Source: Terriglobia bacterium
GTDB lineage: Bacteria; Acidobacteriota; Terriglobia; 20CM-2-55-15
DNA: 64,000 nt
NCBI GenBank assembly: GCA_965198225.1
Contig: CBDAOY010000007.1
Coordinates: forward strand, 672,001 to 736,000
Direction of reading: 5' to 3'
Shown here: positions 39,190 to 50,458 of the stretch, piece by piece
Layout: every line of letters starts with the position of its first letter
Numbering within the stretch: the stretch's first letter is position 1
Translations under genes and position numbers: made by a program
The notes under the pieces: model-generated
What the model was told of the DNA's origin: nothing
The model's database searches: none
The model's input: the letters and a program-made list of their open reading frames with translations, nothing else

Positions 39190-40194
39190 ATGCGGAAGTT
39201 TTGGGTCGTGCTGCTGGCCCTGCTGTTGTGGGGTTGCGGCGGCTATCCCGACGATCTGGAAATCGGCGAAGAGGGCATTGATGAGCCTGATCGTATTCTC
39301 TATTTGAGGGCGCTTCACGACCTGCGCCGAGGTAAGAATATCCAGGCCCGTCTAGAGCTCAACGCCCTGATCAATACCTATCCCGACAGCGAATTCCTTC
39401 CCCAGGCGAAGTACGCCACCGCCGAGTCATTCTACCGGGACGGTGGCATGTCGGACATGGTTCAGGCAGAGGCCGAATTCAAAGACTACATCACGTTTTT
39501 CCCGACCAGTGACCTGGCCGACGATGCGCAGTTGATGATTGCCATGACGCATCTCCGCCAGATGGAAAAACCGGATCGGGACCCGACACAGTCGTTGATG
39601 GCAGAGCTGGAGTTGAAGAATTTCATATCCACCTATCCCGACAGCAATCTGCTGGATGAGGCGAAAGCGAAGCTGCGCGCGGTGCAGGAAGTCCTGGCGG
39701 AGGGTATCCTCAAAGTTGCGAATTTCTACTCCACCATCCGGTCCAACACCGCGGCCATCGACCGGTATCGGCAGGTCCTGGAAGATTATCCCGATTTCAC
39801 GAAGACACCGGACGCCCTGTTCCGTATGGCCGAAACAATGCGCCGCAGCGACAACGAAGGCGAATCGATCATTTACTACGCGCGGATCGTTCGTGACCAT
39901 CCGCTCTCCGAGCGGGTCGGGGAAGCAAAGGAACGACTGATCTCACTCAACCAGCCGATACCTGAGGTCAACTCCGCTGCGCTTGCCCGAGCCGAGGAGG
40001 CGCCACTGCCCGAGGGTCGGGGGCTGTTTGGCCGGATGTTCGGCATCCTCGGTCGTCGTCCGGACATATCGACCGAAACCACGGCGGCATCTATCATCCG
40101 GGAGAGTGAGGAAGGTGAAGGCACCGGAGAAGGAACCTTCGAAGTGGAGGGCAGAGTAATATCCGGGTCGAGTCCGCCCGGTGGAAATCTGTAG
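39190..40194 (+). CDS. bamD: Outer membrane assembly lipoprotein BamD
   Basis: Lipobox LWGC; TPR repeats; YPDS motifs; DRDPT. Confidence 0.88.
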   Translation: MRKFWVVLLALLLWGCGGYPDDLEIGEEGIDEPDRILYLRALHDLRRGKNIQARLELNALINTYPDSEFLPQAKYATAESFYRDGGMSDMVQAEAEFKDYITFFPTSDLADDAQLMIAMTHLRQMEKPDRDPTQSLMAELELKNFISTYPDSNLLDEAKAKLRAVQEVLAEGILKVANFYSTIRSNTAAIDRYRQVLEDYPDFTKTPDALFRMAETMRRSDNEGESIIYYARIVRDHPLSERVGEAKERLISLNQPIPEVNSAALARAEEAPLPEGRGLFGRMFGILGRRPDISTETTAASIIRESEEGEGTGEGTFEVEGRVISGSSPPGGNL

Positions 40195-40220
40195 AGGCAT
40201 CGAGGAATCAACTGGAATAT

Positions 40221-40248
40221 CGGGCGGCCATGTCGGCCGCCCGTTTTT
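40221..40248 (+). terminator. Rho-independent terminator
   Basis: CGGGCGGCC-ATGTC-GGCCGCCCG followed by TTTTT, after bamD. Confidence 0.85.
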
Positions 40249-40336
40249 GTGGTAGAAGAAGTGATAAGTGACGAGTGACAAGTAAGAAGCATTTGATACT
40301 TCTTAACGGGCAACGGCCTACGGACAACGGCCTACG

Positions 40337-40960
40337 ATGAAACGAACTATCCTGCTGGCCGACGACAGCCCGACGATTCAGCGCCTGGTTGCGCAGACGC
40401 TCGACGGCGGGAGCTTCGAGCTCGTTTCGGTCAACAACGGCGACGCTGCCGTCGAGAAGTTTGACGAGTTCCGGCCCTCCGCGGTCCTGGCCGACATATT
40501 CATGCCGGGGAAGAACGGCTATGAGGTCTGCTCCTTCGTAAAAGGGCATCCAGCGCTGGATCAGACGCCGGTCATCCTGCTGGTCGGCGCCTACGAAGCC
40601 TACGACGAGGACGAAGCCACCCGGGTCGGTGCCAACGGGCGCATCACCAAGCCGTTCGAGCCGCAGCAACTTCTGGACATGGTGACGTCGATGGTTCCGG
40701 ACGATCCCGTCGACGAGGTACTTTCGGTCACTGAAGATGACCCCGACGGCGGGGATCTACTCGGATTGGAGGCCTTGTTCCCGCCGGAGAAGCCGGAACC
40801 CAAGTACGGCGAGATTACAGAGGAAGAGATCGAAACAATAGCAGATCGTGTGATTCAGAAGCTGTCGACCGAAATCATCGAGGGAATCGCCTGGGACGTT
40901 GTTCCCGATATTGCAGAGAAGATCGTGCACGAGGAATTGAAGAGAAAAGATGAAAGTTGA
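40337..40960 (+). CDS. Response regulator receiver with RomR-like C-terminal helix
   Basis: LADDS...ADIFMPG...KPF receiver; acidic Pro-rich linker; [23 protein letters not shown] tail. Confidence 0.8.
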   Translation: MKRTILLADDSPTIQRLVAQTLDGGSFELVSVNNGDAAVEKFDEFRPSAVLADIFMPGKNGYEVCSFVKGHPALDQTPVILLVGAYEAYDEDEATRVGANGRITKPFEPQQLLDMVTSMVPDDPVDEVLSVTEDDPDGGDLLGLEALFPPEKPEPKYGEITEEEIETIADRVIQKLSTEIIEGIAWDVVPDIAEKIVHEELKRKDES

Positions 40961-43577
40961 GCTGCCCAAGATCTACAACTTCCAGGAAGTCGAATCCCAC
41001 TGGTACGACTTCTGGGAATCGAATGGTTATTTCCGCGCGGACGCCGCCTCCGAGAATCCCGCCTTCGTAATAGTGATGCCGCCTCCCAACGTTACCGGGT
41101 CTCTCCACATGGGTCATATGCTCAACAACACCGTCCATGACGTGATCGTGCGGCGCAAACGCATGCAGGGTTTCAATACCCTGTGGCTTCCGGGGACGGA
41201 CCACGCCGGAATCGCAACCCAGAACGTCGTCGAGCGACAGCTGAGCGAAGACGGGCTATCCCGTCACGATCTGGGTCGCGAGAAATTCGTGGAGCGCGTC
41301 TGGGAGTGGAAGCGGGAATACGGCAACCTCATCACGAAGCAGATCCGGCGGATCGGGGCGTCGTGCGACTGGTCCCGGGAACGTTTTACGCTCGATCAGG
41401 GATTGTCGCGAGCCGTTCGCGAGGTCTTCGTGCGGTTGTACGATGAAGGGCTCATCTACCGCGGCAAGCGGCTGATCAACTGGTGTCCGCGTTGCCAAAC
41501 TGCGCTTTCGGACCTGGAGGTCCAGCACGATGCCGTCGAAGGCAAGCTCTACCACATCCGCTACCCGATCAAGGACTCTGAAGGGGAGTTCGTCGAAGTT
41601 GCGACGACGCGCCCGGAGACGATGTTGGGCGATACCGGCGTCGCGGTCCATCCCGAGGACGAACGCTACGCTCATCTCAGGGGCATGTCTGCAACGCTTC
41701 CCCTGATCGGTCGCGAACTGCCGTTCATCCAGGACGATGTCGTCGAGAGGGAGTTCGGCACCGGCGTGGTCAAGGTGACCCCTGCCCACGATCCCAACGA
41801 TTTCGACATGGGAAACCGGCACGGGCTCGAGCAGGTCAGCGTCATAGACGGGGAAGGGGCCATTACCTCCGAAGGCGGATCTTACGCGGGACTCGATCGG
41901 TTCGAGGCGCGAAAACGAGTGCTCCAGGACCTCGAAGCGCAGGAGCTCCTCGTGAAAGTGGACGCCCACACGCACAACGTGGGTCATTGTTCCAGGTGCA
42001 AGACGATCGTCGAACCGCTGCTGTCGGTCCAGTGGTTCGTCCAGATCGCGCCGCTTGCCAGCGAGGCGATCCGGGCGGTCGAGGAGCACGAAACACAGTT
42101 CGTTCCGTCCAATTGGGCGAAAACGTATTTCGAGTGGATGTACAACATCCGCGACTGGTGCATATCCCGTCAACTCTGGTGGGGGCATCGCATCCCGGCC
42201 TGGTATTGCGGGGACTGCGGCGAAATCCTTGTCTCGCGCTCGGATCCGACCACTTGCTCAAAATGTGGGTCCGGCGAGCTGAGGCAGGACGAGGATGTTC
42301 TCGACACGTGGTTCAGTTCGGCCCTCTGGCCGTTCTCAACAATGGGCTGGCCCGAAGAGACCGCGGACCTCAAAGTGTTCTACCCGACGAGTCTCCTGGT
42401 CACCGGCTTCGACATCATCTTTTTCTGGGTGGCCCGGATGATGATGGCCGGCACGAAGTTCATGGGCGACGTTCCGTTTCGGGAGGTCTACATCACGGGG
42501 CTGGTCCGTGACATAGACCGCCAGAAGCTATCTAAGTCTAAGGGTAACGTTGGAGACCCGCTGGTCATATGCGACGAATACGGGACCGACGCGGTCCGCT
42601 TTACCCTGGCCCGTCTTGGCGCGCCCGGTTCCGACCTGGTTCTTTCCGCGGATCAGCTGGACGGGTACCGCGCGTTTTCGACCAAGATCTGGAACGCGGC
42701 GCGCTTCATGCTCGGCCACGTCGACGATTCCGACCGGCTGGCCACGTCCGACGAGCTTCGGGCGATGGATCTGCCGCTCGCGGATCGGTGGATCCTCTCC
42801 CGCCTTTCACGCACGGTCGAGTCGGTCAACGCAGCGATGGATCGCTATTTTCTGCACGAAGCGGCCCGGAGCGTGTACCAGTTTTTCTGGCACGAGTTCT
42901 GCGACTGGTACCTGGAGATGGTCAAGCTGCATCCCGACCGCTCCAAACCCGTGTTGATCTATGTCTTCGAGAGCGCGCTCCGCCTACTGCACCCGTTCAT
43001 GCCGTTCATCACCGAAGAACTCTGGCAGCGGATCCCTCACAGGGGCGAGTCCATCGTCGTCGCTCCCTATCCCGAAATCGCACCCGGCCTCGTCGACGAT
43101 CACGCGGAGGCGCACGCGCGGCTGATACAGGAGATCATCGTCAAGGTCCGCAACATCCGGGCCGAGGTGAATGTGGAGGCCAAGCAGTTCGTCCCGCTCC
43201 GCGTTGCGACTGAAAACCCCGACGTCGAAGGAATGCTCGTCGAGCACGAGGACTACATCCACCGCCTGGCGAGGGTCGAGACCCTGGAGGTTCTCCCGGC
43301 GCTTTCGGGGGAGCGGGCCGCGGCGCAGGCCGTCGCCGCGGGAGTCTCGCTGGAGGTTCCGCTGGCCGGAGTCATCGACATCGATGGGGAACGATCCCGC
43401 CTGGAACGGGAGATAGACAAAGCCCGGAAGGAAATCGAGAGCCTGGAACGCAAGCTGTCGAACAAGAATTTCATCGATCGGGCCCCGGCGGAGGTTGTCG
43501 AGGAGAATCGGCGCAGACTCTCTGACTACCGGGATCAGGCCGCAAAGCTCACCGCCGGACTCGAACGACTGAAATGA
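40950..43577 (+). CDS. valS: Valine--tRNA ligase
   Basis: [31 protein letters not shown]-terminal coiled coil. Confidence 0.98.
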   Translation: MKVELPKIYNFQEVESHWYDFWESNGYFRADAASENPAFVIVMPPPNVTGSLHMGHMLNNTVHDVIVRRKRMQGFNTLWLPGTDHAGIATQNVVERQLSEDGLSRHDLGREKFVERVWEWKREYGNLITKQIRRIGASCDWSRERFTLDQGLSRAVREVFVRLYDEGLIYRGKRLINWCPRCQTALSDLEVQHDAVEGKLYHIRYPIKDSEGEFVEVATTRPETMLGDTGVAVHPEDERYAHLRGMSATLPLIGRELPFIQDDVVEREFGTGVVKVTPAHDPNDFDMGNRHGLEQVSVIDGEGAITSEGGSYAGLDRFEARKRVLQDLEAQELLVKVDAHTHNVGHCSRCKTIVEPLLSVQWFVQIAPLASEAIRAVEEHETQFVPSNWAKTYFEWMYNIRDWCISRQLWWGHRIPAWYCGDCGEILVSRSDPTTCSKCGSGELRQDEDVLDTWFSSALWPFSTMGWPEETADLKVFYPTSLLVTGFDIIFFWVARMMMAGTKFMGDVPFREVYITGLVRDIDRQKLSKSKGNVGDPLVICDEYGTDAVRFTLARLGAPGSDLVLSADQLDGYRAFSTKIWNAARFMLGHVDDSDRLATSDELRAMDLPLADRWILSRLSRTVESVNAAMDRYFLHEAARSVYQFFWHEFCDWYLEMVKLHPDRSKPVLIYVFESALRLLHPFMPFITEELWQRIPHRGESIVVAPYPEIAPGLVDDHAEAHARLIQEIIVKVRNIRAEVNVEAKQFVPLRVATENPDVEGMLVEHEDYIHRLARVETLEVLPALSGERAAAQAVAAGVSLEVPLAGVIDIDGERSRLEREIDKARKEIESLERKLSNKNFIDRAPAEVVEENRRRLSDYRDQAAKLTAGLERLK

Positions 43578-43612
43578 AGCCCGGGACCATCGATCGCTGC
43601 ACCCGATCCTGA

Positions 43613-44458
43613 ATGAACTCCATCGATCTCAGTCTGCTTCGCCAGAGTCTGCTCGCTGCCATCCGCGAAGACGTCGGCAGCGGCGACCTTACCGCACGAG
43701 CGACCATCGAGGCCGGGAGCGAGGCTCGGGCCGAGTTTGTTTCCAAGCAGAACCTCGTCGCCTGCGGTGTGAGGGTTGCAGGAGAAGTACTTCGCTTGTG
43801 CGATCCAGAACTCGCTTTCAGACCGCTGGTGTCGGACGGCGACTCCGTCGCTACGGGCGGCGCGCTCGCCGAGGTCGGCGGTCGAGCGTCTTCCATCCTG
43901 GCGGCCGAGAGAACAGCCCTGAACTACCTGCAGCGACTCTCAGGCATCGCCACGGCGACTTGTGAGTACGTCGCCAGGATCAGTGGTACCGGTGCGCGGC
44001 TCGTCGATACCCGCAAGACTGTTCCCGGCATGCGGCAGCTCGACAAGTATGCTGTCCGGTGCGGGGGCGGGCTGAACCACAGGGTCGGTCTCTTCGATGG
44101 GGTCCTCATCAAGAGCAACCACCTGGCCTTCCACACGGGCGTTGGAGACGCTCTGGAGGCGGCACGAACCCGGCTGGGCCACCTGGTCAAGCTGGAAGTC
44201 GAGGTTCGGAAGCCGGACGAACTCCGCCAGGCGATCGTGGCCGACGCGGACGTCATCATGCTGGACAACTTCAGCCCCGCCGAAACCCGTGAAGCCGTCG
44301 AGGTCGTTGCCGGTCGGATTCCCCTCGAGTCTTCCGGCGGGATCACGCTGGAGAACATTCGCGAGTTCGCTGAAGCCGGCGTCGATTACATTTCTGTCGG
44401 TGCGCTGACACATTCGGTGAGGGCGGCCGACATCCATCTGCGCATTTTCCCGGAGTGA
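43613..44458 (+). CDS. nadC: Nicotinate-nucleotide pyrophosphorylase
   Basis: EDVGSGDLT, DTRKT.PG, NHRVGL.D, MLDNF, SVGALTHS. Confidence 0.96.
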   Translation: MNSIDLSLLRQSLLAAIREDVGSGDLTARATIEAGSEARAEFVSKQNLVACGVRVAGEVLRLCDPELAFRPLVSDGDSVATGGALAEVGGRASSILAAERTALNYLQRLSGIATATCEYVARISGTGARLVDTRKTVPGMRQLDKYAVRCGGGLNHRVGLFDGVLIKSNHLAFHTGVGDALEAARTRLGHLVKLEVEVRKPDELRQAIVADADVIMLDNFSPAETREAVEVVAGRIPLESSGGITLENIREFAEAGVDYISVGALTHSVRAADIHLRIFPE

Positions 44459-45474
44459 GTGGAGCCGTGAAGCCGGACCCCAACACCACCCTCGATCAGA
44501 GTCTGGACGCTGTTCTTCATTTCCTCATGCAGAACATGACGGTTTCGGTATCCGGCGAGAAGCTCGCCCGCGATCTCGGGGTCCCGCACTCCCGGGTCGT
44601 CCGCTGGGTGGACAGGTTGCGGTCCGAGGGCATTGACATCCTCGGCGAAGCCTTCACCGGATTCCGCCTGACGCGGCTGCCCGATGTCCTGCTCCCCCAG
44701 TTGATCCGGGACCGGCTGCACACCCGGGCTTTCGGAAGGAACCTGTACCACCTCTACAGTGTCGAATCGACGAACAGCTACGCTGCAGACCTGCTGGGCC
44801 AGGAGAAACTCGCTCCTCACGGCACGGTGGTGGTGGCCGAGAGGCAGACCGCAGGCCGCGGCCGTATGGGCAGAAGCTGGATTTCCAGGCCGGAGGTTGG
44901 GCTCTACACCTCCATCATCCTGCGGCCCGAGTTCTCCTCGAATCTCGCTCCGCTCTTGACCCTGGGGACTGCCGTCGCAGCCCATGACTCGATCGAACGC
45001 GCCACGGATCTGGAAGTTGACATCAAGTGGCCCAACGATCTTCTTATCGGCCGAAAGAAAATCTGTGGGATCCTCTCAGAATTGCAGGCCGAAGTCGACC
45101 GTGTTCGGGCGATGGTCATCGGTGTCGGCATCAACGTGAACCAAGATGAATTCCCCGACCAGATTGCCGACACGGCGACGTCGCTCCGGATGGAGTCGGG
45201 ACGGACGCACTCCCGAATCGAGATCCTCCTGGATTTTGTCCATGAGTTCGAGCGGCTCTATGAGCTGTTTTGCGAGAAAGGACCGTCCGCCATCATTGAC
45301 AAGTGGACGCGTCTGTCCAGCTTTGCGAACGGCCGGACGATCGAAGTCGACGACGGTGTGCGGCGTATCCGTGGCGAAACGGCTGGATTAAATGCACTGG
45401 GAGCGCTTCGGATTGCGCAGCCCGACGGCGACGTAGAGGAAGTCTACAGCGGCGACGTCGTACACTGGGAGTAA
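44455..45474 (+). CDS. birA: Biotin protein ligase with HTH
   Basis: SGEKLA HTH, STN, QTAGRGR.GRSW, IKWPND, KICGIL. Confidence 0.95.
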   Translation: MSGAVKPDPNTTLDQSLDAVLHFLMQNMTVSVSGEKLARDLGVPHSRVVRWVDRLRSEGIDILGEAFTGFRLTRLPDVLLPQLIRDRLHTRAFGRNLYHLYSVESTNSYAADLLGQEKLAPHGTVVVAERQTAGRGRMGRSWISRPEVGLYTSIILRPEFSSNLAPLLTLGTAVAAHDSIERATDLEVDIKWPNDLLIGRKKICGILSELQAEVDRVRAMVIGVGINVNQDEFPDQIADTATSLRMESGRTHSRIEILLDFVHEFERLYELFCEKGPSAIIDKWTRLSSFANGRTIEVDDGVRRIRGETAGLNALGALRIAQPDGDVEEVYSGDVVHWE

Positions 45475-45481
45475 GCAGAGG

Positions 45482-46249
45482 ATGCTACTGGCGATAGATC
45501 TCGGAAACACGAACACGGTCTTCGGCGTTTACGACTACGGGAACCTCGCGAAGAGTTGGCGGCTGTCCACCCAGAAGGCGCGAACGGTCGACGAGTACGG
45601 CATTCTCCTGCGAAACCTGTTTGCACTCGAGCAACTCGACGTCGGGTTGATCGATGCCGTCATTATCGCTTCGGTCGTACCGCCGCTGGACCCCACCCTG
45701 GATGGGATGGTCCGGCGCTACTTTTCGGTGGAACCGATTTTCGTGTCTCCGGAAAACGCCGGCATTCCCATCCTCTACCACGATCCCAGTGAGGTTGGAG
45801 CCGACCGAATCGTGGACGCGGTCGCCGCCGTGGAACGCTACGGCGCGCCGGCGATCATCGTCGATCTGGGAACCGCGACGACCTTCGATGGGATTACCAG
45901 AGAGGGCGCGTACCTGGGAGGGTTGATCGCCCCCGGCATAGAGATTTCGGCTCGGGCCTTGACGGACAGGGCGGCCCGGCTACCTCGGGTCGACATCCAG
46001 AAACCGACCGAATTGATCGGTCGCTCCACGGAAGCCAGCATGCAAAGTGGCTTTTTCTGGGGGTACGTGTCGCTGGTCGACGGGATCATCGACAGAATGA
46101 AGGTTGAACTGGGGGACGCCGCCCACGTCATCGGGACCGGAGGGATGGCCCGTTTCGTCGAGGGAGAATCGAAGTGGGTCTCGACGATCGATCAGGATCT
46201 TACGCTGGACGGTTTGTACCTGGTGGCGAAGAGACTGGGAGCGGCGTGA
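45482..46249 (+). CDS. coaX: Type III pantothenate kinase
   Basis: IDLGNTN, SVVP, VGADR, DLGTATT, GGLIAPG. Confidence 0.95.
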   Translation: MLLAIDLGNTNTVFGVYDYGNLAKSWRLSTQKARTVDEYGILLRNLFALEQLDVGLIDAVIIASVVPPLDPTLDGMVRRYFSVEPIFVSPENAGIPILYHDPSEVGADRIVDAVAAVERYGAPAIIVDLGTATTFDGITREGAYLGGLIAPGIEISARALTDRAARLPRVDIQKPTELIGRSTEASMQSGFFWGYVSLVDGIIDRMKVELGDAAHVIGTGGMARFVEGESKWVSTIDQDLTLDGLYLVAKRLGAA

Positions 46250-46362
46250 GCAGAATCGAGAGCCTGCGTCGGCTAGGGTTTGCATGATGGTGTTTCGTGT
46301 CATAATTCACGGATTGGGAATCATTTAGGCTGAACTCGGGACAGCCGAGAGGGGAGGACGAA

Positions 46363-48108
46363 ATGAATCGTCAATTTGGAGCATTCCTGCTGGCGGCCAT
46401 GATGGTAATTGGCGGATGCGGAGGTAGGGACCGCGGAACCGATCTGGTTGCAGGAGCGGATCAGACACCAGTGGAAGGGGACTGGCTCGTGCTGGCGTAC
46501 GACGCCGAAGCCGATACCTTGAACCGGATTATTTCCAACAATGCCTACACCGGGTACATCATGGAGGGAGCGATGGGCTCCATGGTTGGGGAGTTCCTGC
46601 TTTCCTACGACCCGGAGACCTGGCGCACCGACAGGCCTCTCCTGGCGGAATCGTATCCCGAAATCTCTGAAGACCACTTGATTTACACTTTCGTCGTCCG
46701 GGACGGAGTGCGCTGGCATGACGGCCAGACTTTCACCGCCGCCGACGTGTTGTTTTCGGCGAAAGCGATGATGAATCCGTTCACCGATTCGGCTTCGCTG
46801 CGCGGCTACTTTGCGGATCTTGCCGACGTTCAAGTCAACGGTCGAGAGATCCGGTTCGAAATGAGCAAGCCGTATTGGATGAACGACGACGCGCTGGGAA
46901 CGACACTGCCTATTCTTCCTAAGCACGTCCACGATCCCGAAGGCGTTCTGGACGACTATTCATACCGCGACATTGTCAGTGCGTCCGCACGCGAGGACGC
47001 CACGCTGCGAGAATTCGGGGAGCTGTTCAACGAAAACCCCGCCAATCGGCAACCCATTGGGACGGGGCCGTACAAGTTCGAGAGCTGGGAGAGCGGCTCT
47101 GAGATGATTCTGGTCCGCAACGACGACTACTGGGGTGAAAAAGCTTACCTCGAACGGATTCTCATCCGATTCATAACCGACGATACGGCCCGGTTGACGG
47201 CCCTGAAAGCCGGCGAAATCGACTTCGACACTCGATTGACGCCGATCCAGTATGCGCGGCAGACCAGTGGCGCGAGCTTTGACTCCGAATTCGCGAAGGC
47301 GAGCTTCAACATCCCGCAGCTTTCCTACATCGTCTGGAATTCCCTGCGCCCGTTCTTCGCCGACAAACGTGTTCGTCAGGCGATGACGATGCTGATTCCC
47401 CGACAGCAGATCATCGACAGCCTACGGTTCGGTCTCGCCCAGATTGCCGTCTCGAATTTCAACCCGAGCTCCCCGGATTTCCACACGGGGCTGGAACCAT
47501 TTCCTTATGATCCCGATCGCGCCATGGCGCTGCTGGATGAAGCGGGCTGGATCGACCATGATGGCGACGGGATTCGAGACAAGGACGGGGTGCAATTCAG
47601 CTTCGAGTTCCTCGGTTCCGTCAGCAGCTCGTTCACGGATCAGCTGCTCCCGATCCTGAAGGAGGAGTTCGGACAGGCCGGTATCGAGATGACGGAACGG
47701 CGGCTGGAGTTCACCGTCGTCATCGAGAACGTCCGCGACAGGCAGTACGACGCCTACGCGGGGGCCTGGCTGAGCGGCCTGCAGCAGGATCCCTACCAGT
47801 TGTGGCATTCGAGTTCGATCGGGAACCGGGGGTCCAATTTTGGCAGCTTCGACAATCCGGAAGCAGACAGGCTCATGGAAGAGGCGCGGACGGAATTCGA
47901 TCCGGAAAAACGGAAGCAACTCTACTGGCGGTTTCAGGAAATTCTTCACGAGGAGCAGCCGTACACATTCATGCTCTATCCGCAGGAATCGGTGACCTAT
48001 CACCGCCGATTCCAGGGTGTCGATTTCCTCCCTGTCCGACCCGGCTACGACCTGACGAAGTGGTTCGTACCCCTGGTTTCCCAACGCTACTCTGCGGTGA
48101 CTCCCTAA
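46363..48108 (+). CDS. Peptide/nickel ABC transporter substrate-binding lipoprotein (family 5)
   Basis: Lipobox IGGC; WHDGQTFTAADV; PIGTGPYK; RVRQA. Confidence 0.92.
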   Translation: MNRQFGAFLLAAMMVIGGCGGRDRGTDLVAGADQTPVEGDWLVLAYDAEADTLNRIISNNAYTGYIMEGAMGSMVGEFLLSYDPETWRTDRPLLAESYPEISEDHLIYTFVVRDGVRWHDGQTFTAADVLFSAKAMMNPFTDSASLRGYFADLADVQVNGREIRFEMSKPYWMNDDALGTTLPILPKHVHDPEGVLDDYSYRDIVSASAREDATLREFGELFNENPANRQPIGTGPYKFESWESGSEMILVRNDDYWGEKAYLERILIRFITDDTARLTALKAGEIDFDTRLTPIQYARQTSGASFDSEFAKASFNIPQLSYIVWNSLRPFFADKRVRQAMTMLIPRQQIIDSLRFGLAQIAVSNFNPSSPDFHTGLEPFPYDPDRAMALLDEAGWIDHDGDGIRDKDGVQFSFEFLGSVSSSFTDQLLPILKEEFGQAGIEMTERRLEFTVVIENVRDRQYDAYAGAWLSGLQQDPYQLWHSSSIGNRGSNFGSFDNPEADRLMEEARTEFDPEKRKQLYWRFQEILHEEQPYTFMLYPQESVTYHRRFQGVDFLPVRPGYDLTKWFVPLVSQRYSAVTP

Positions 48109-48155
48109 TCGAGTCCCCCGGGGCGATCTGCTGCCGTCAGGTCGCCCTCCGCCGC

Positions 48156-48299
48156 AACCCTCCGGGCCGATGGGGGTTGGGGTCGATCTCTTTGTCGTTC
48201 GTCGTCATGATGAAACCGCATCAATTCCTCCTCTCTCCTCGACCTCGACTGGCAAGACCCATCGGCGATGGTGCCGATATCTCCGTTACAGGCCACTAG
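48156..48299 (+). repeat. Right half of a family C element
   Basis: Matches about 31290-31436 and ends GTTACAGGCCACTAG directly before the permease ATG. Confidence 0.8.
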
Positions 48300-49304
48300 A
48301 TGCAAAGCTATCTGCTCAAACGGATCCTTTTGATGATCCCGACACTGGTCGGGATCTCCATGGTTTCGTTCCTCATTATCCAGCTGGCACCGGGAGATCC
48401 CGCGACGATGAGGCTCGGCGACGGGCAGGGCATACGGGACCAGGCGATGGCAGAGAAGATCATCAAGGAGACCCGCGCGCTGTACGGTCTGGATCGCCCC
48501 CTGCACGTGCAATACGCAAGTTGGTTCAAGCGCATCATCACCCTGGACTTCGGCCGTTCTCTCAAGGATCAGCGGCCTGTTTGGGACAAGCTCAAGGAAC
48601 GTGTTCCAGTATCCATCCAGCTCAGCGGCATTTCACTTCTTCTGGCCTACCTGATTTCCATTCCTGTCGGAATCTACTCCGCGACGCACCAGTATACGAA
48701 GACCGACCAGGCGACGACGGTGTTCCTCTTTACGCTCTACTCGCTGCCGAATTTCTGGGTGGCGACGCTGGGCATCGTCTACCTCGGTGGCGGCGATTTT
48801 CTGGACGTGTTCCCCGTGTTCGGCCTGCAGACGATCGGGTCTGAGAGCTGGCCCCTGTGGGACCAGATCAAGGATCGAGCGTGGCATCTGACGCTTCCGG
48901 TGATCTGCATGACCTACTACACCTTCGCCGCGCTGTCGCGGTACATGCGCTCCTCCATGCTGGAAGTCGTCCGCCAGGACTTCATCCGCACTGCGCGCTC
49001 CAAGGGATTGAGCGAGCGGCTCGTGATCTACCGCCATGCGCTCCGGAATTCTCTGATCCCAATCGTCACGCTGATGGCCGACCTGCTGCCGGCGCTCATC
49101 GGCGGGAGCATCGTCATCGAGTACATCTTCTCGATTCCGGGGATGGGGCAGTTGACTTTCGACGCCGTGCTTTCGCGGGACTATCCGGTCGTCATGGCGG
49201 TTTTCACGATCAGCGCTCTGCTGACCCTTCTGGGAATCCTGATCGCCGACGTTCTCTACACCGTCGTCGACCCGAGGATCACGTATGGCAGACGGACTGC
49301 GTAG
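48300..49304 (+). CDS. OppB/DppB-like ABC permease
   Basis: LAPGDP, DFGRS, DFIRTARSKGL, HALRNSLIP, DPRI. Confidence 0.93.
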   Translation: MQSYLLKRILLMIPTLVGISMVSFLIIQLAPGDPATMRLGDGQGIRDQAMAEKIIKETRALYGLDRPLHVQYASWFKRIITLDFGRSLKDQRPVWDKLKERVPVSIQLSGISLLLAYLISIPVGIYSATHQYTKTDQATTVFLFTLYSLPNFWVATLGIVYLGGGDFLDVFPVFGLQTIGSESWPLWDQIKDRAWHLTLPVICMTYYTFAALSRYMRSSMLEVVRQDFIRTARSKGLSERLVIYRHALRNSLIPIVTLMADLLPALIGGSIVIEYIFSIPGMGQLTFDAVLSRDYPVVMAVFTISALLTLLGILIADVLYTVVDPRITYGRRTA

Positions 49305-50370
49305 CGTCGAATCACGGCCCCTGGAAAGCGAAAGCGGGGTTCGTTCTGGCGCGTCGGAAGCCTACTGGTCGATCATCATCCGCCAGTTCCGCAAGAACAA
49401 GGTGGCCATGGTCGGACTTGTCCTGGTCATCCTGCTCTTTCTGCTTGCGCTGACGGCCGACTTTGTCGCGAACGATAAGCCCCTGGCGATGCGCTACGAC
49501 GGCGCAATCTACCTTCCGGTGTTCAAGAGCTATTCCGTCAAGCTGGGGATATCTCTCTGGCAGCCGGAGTTCCTGAACGTCAAGTACAAGGAGTTCACGG
49601 AGGAAAACTTCGGGGACGACGACTGGGCAGTGTTTCCGCCCGTCAAGTACTCGCCCAATGACATCGATCTTCTCTCGACGATTCAACCACCGTCGTCGGA
49701 GCACTGGCTGGGCACGGATGATATCGGGAGGGACATCGCCAGTCGGATGGTGCACGGCTCGCGGGTATCGCTGTCGGTCGGATTCGTCGCCGTCGCGATC
49801 TACGTCGCAATCGGGATGTTCATCGGGGCGCTTGCCGGATACTACGGCGGTGTCGTCGACATCATCGCCTCCCGCCTGATCGAGATCATGCTCACGATTC
49901 CGACCTTCTTTCTCATCATCACGGTCGTCGCGTTTCTGCCTCAGAGCATTTTCAACATCATGGTGGTCATCGGCCTGACGAGTTGGCCTACTGTGGCCCG
50001 TCTGACGCGCGGCGAGTTCCTCAAGACCAAGTCGCTGGAGTACGTGGTCGCCGCGCAGGCCCTGGGTGCCAGCGATGCCCGAACGATCCTGCGACATGTC
50101 CTGCCCAACACGCTGGCTCCCGTATTCGTCGCGGCGACGTTCGGGGTCGCTTCCGCAATCCTCATCGAATCGACTCTCAGCTTTCTAGGCTTCGGCGTTC
50201 CTCCGTCGACGGCGAGTTGGGGCGCGATCCTCTCGAGCGCGCGCACCCTGCTGCCCAGTGGATGGTGGCTCACTTTGTTTCCGGGCATGGCGATCTTCCT
50301 GACGGTGACTTCCTACAATTTGGTGGGGGAGGGGTTACGGGATGCGGCTGACCCACGTCTAAAGGGATAG
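49285..50370 (+). CDS. OppC/DppC-like ABC permease
   Basis: HWLGTDDIGRD, EYVVAAQALGA, LSFLGFG, GEGLRDAADP. Confidence 0.93.
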   Translation: MADGLRSVESRPLESESGVRSGASEAYWSIIIRQFRKNKVAMVGLVLVILLFLLALTADFVANDKPLAMRYDGAIYLPVFKSYSVKLGISLWQPEFLNVKYKEFTEENFGDDDWAVFPPVKYSPNDIDLLSTIQPPSSEHWLGTDDIGRDIASRMVHGSRVSLSVGFVAVAIYVAIGMFIGALAGYYGGVVDIIASRLIEIMLTIPTFFLIITVVAFLPQSIFNIMVVIGLTSWPTVARLTRGEFLKTKSLEYVVAAQALGASDARTILRHVLPNTLAPVFVAATFGVASAILIESTLSFLGFGVPPSTASWGAILSSARTLLPSGWWLTLFPGMAIFLTVTSYNLVGEGLRDAADPRLKG

Positions 50371-50458
50371 TGGCCAGTGGTCAGTGACCAGAGGCCGGAA
50401 ACGGCTCGTAGGATCGGTGGCACGGGGACTCGGGGACTCTTATAATTAAGTCAATCGG

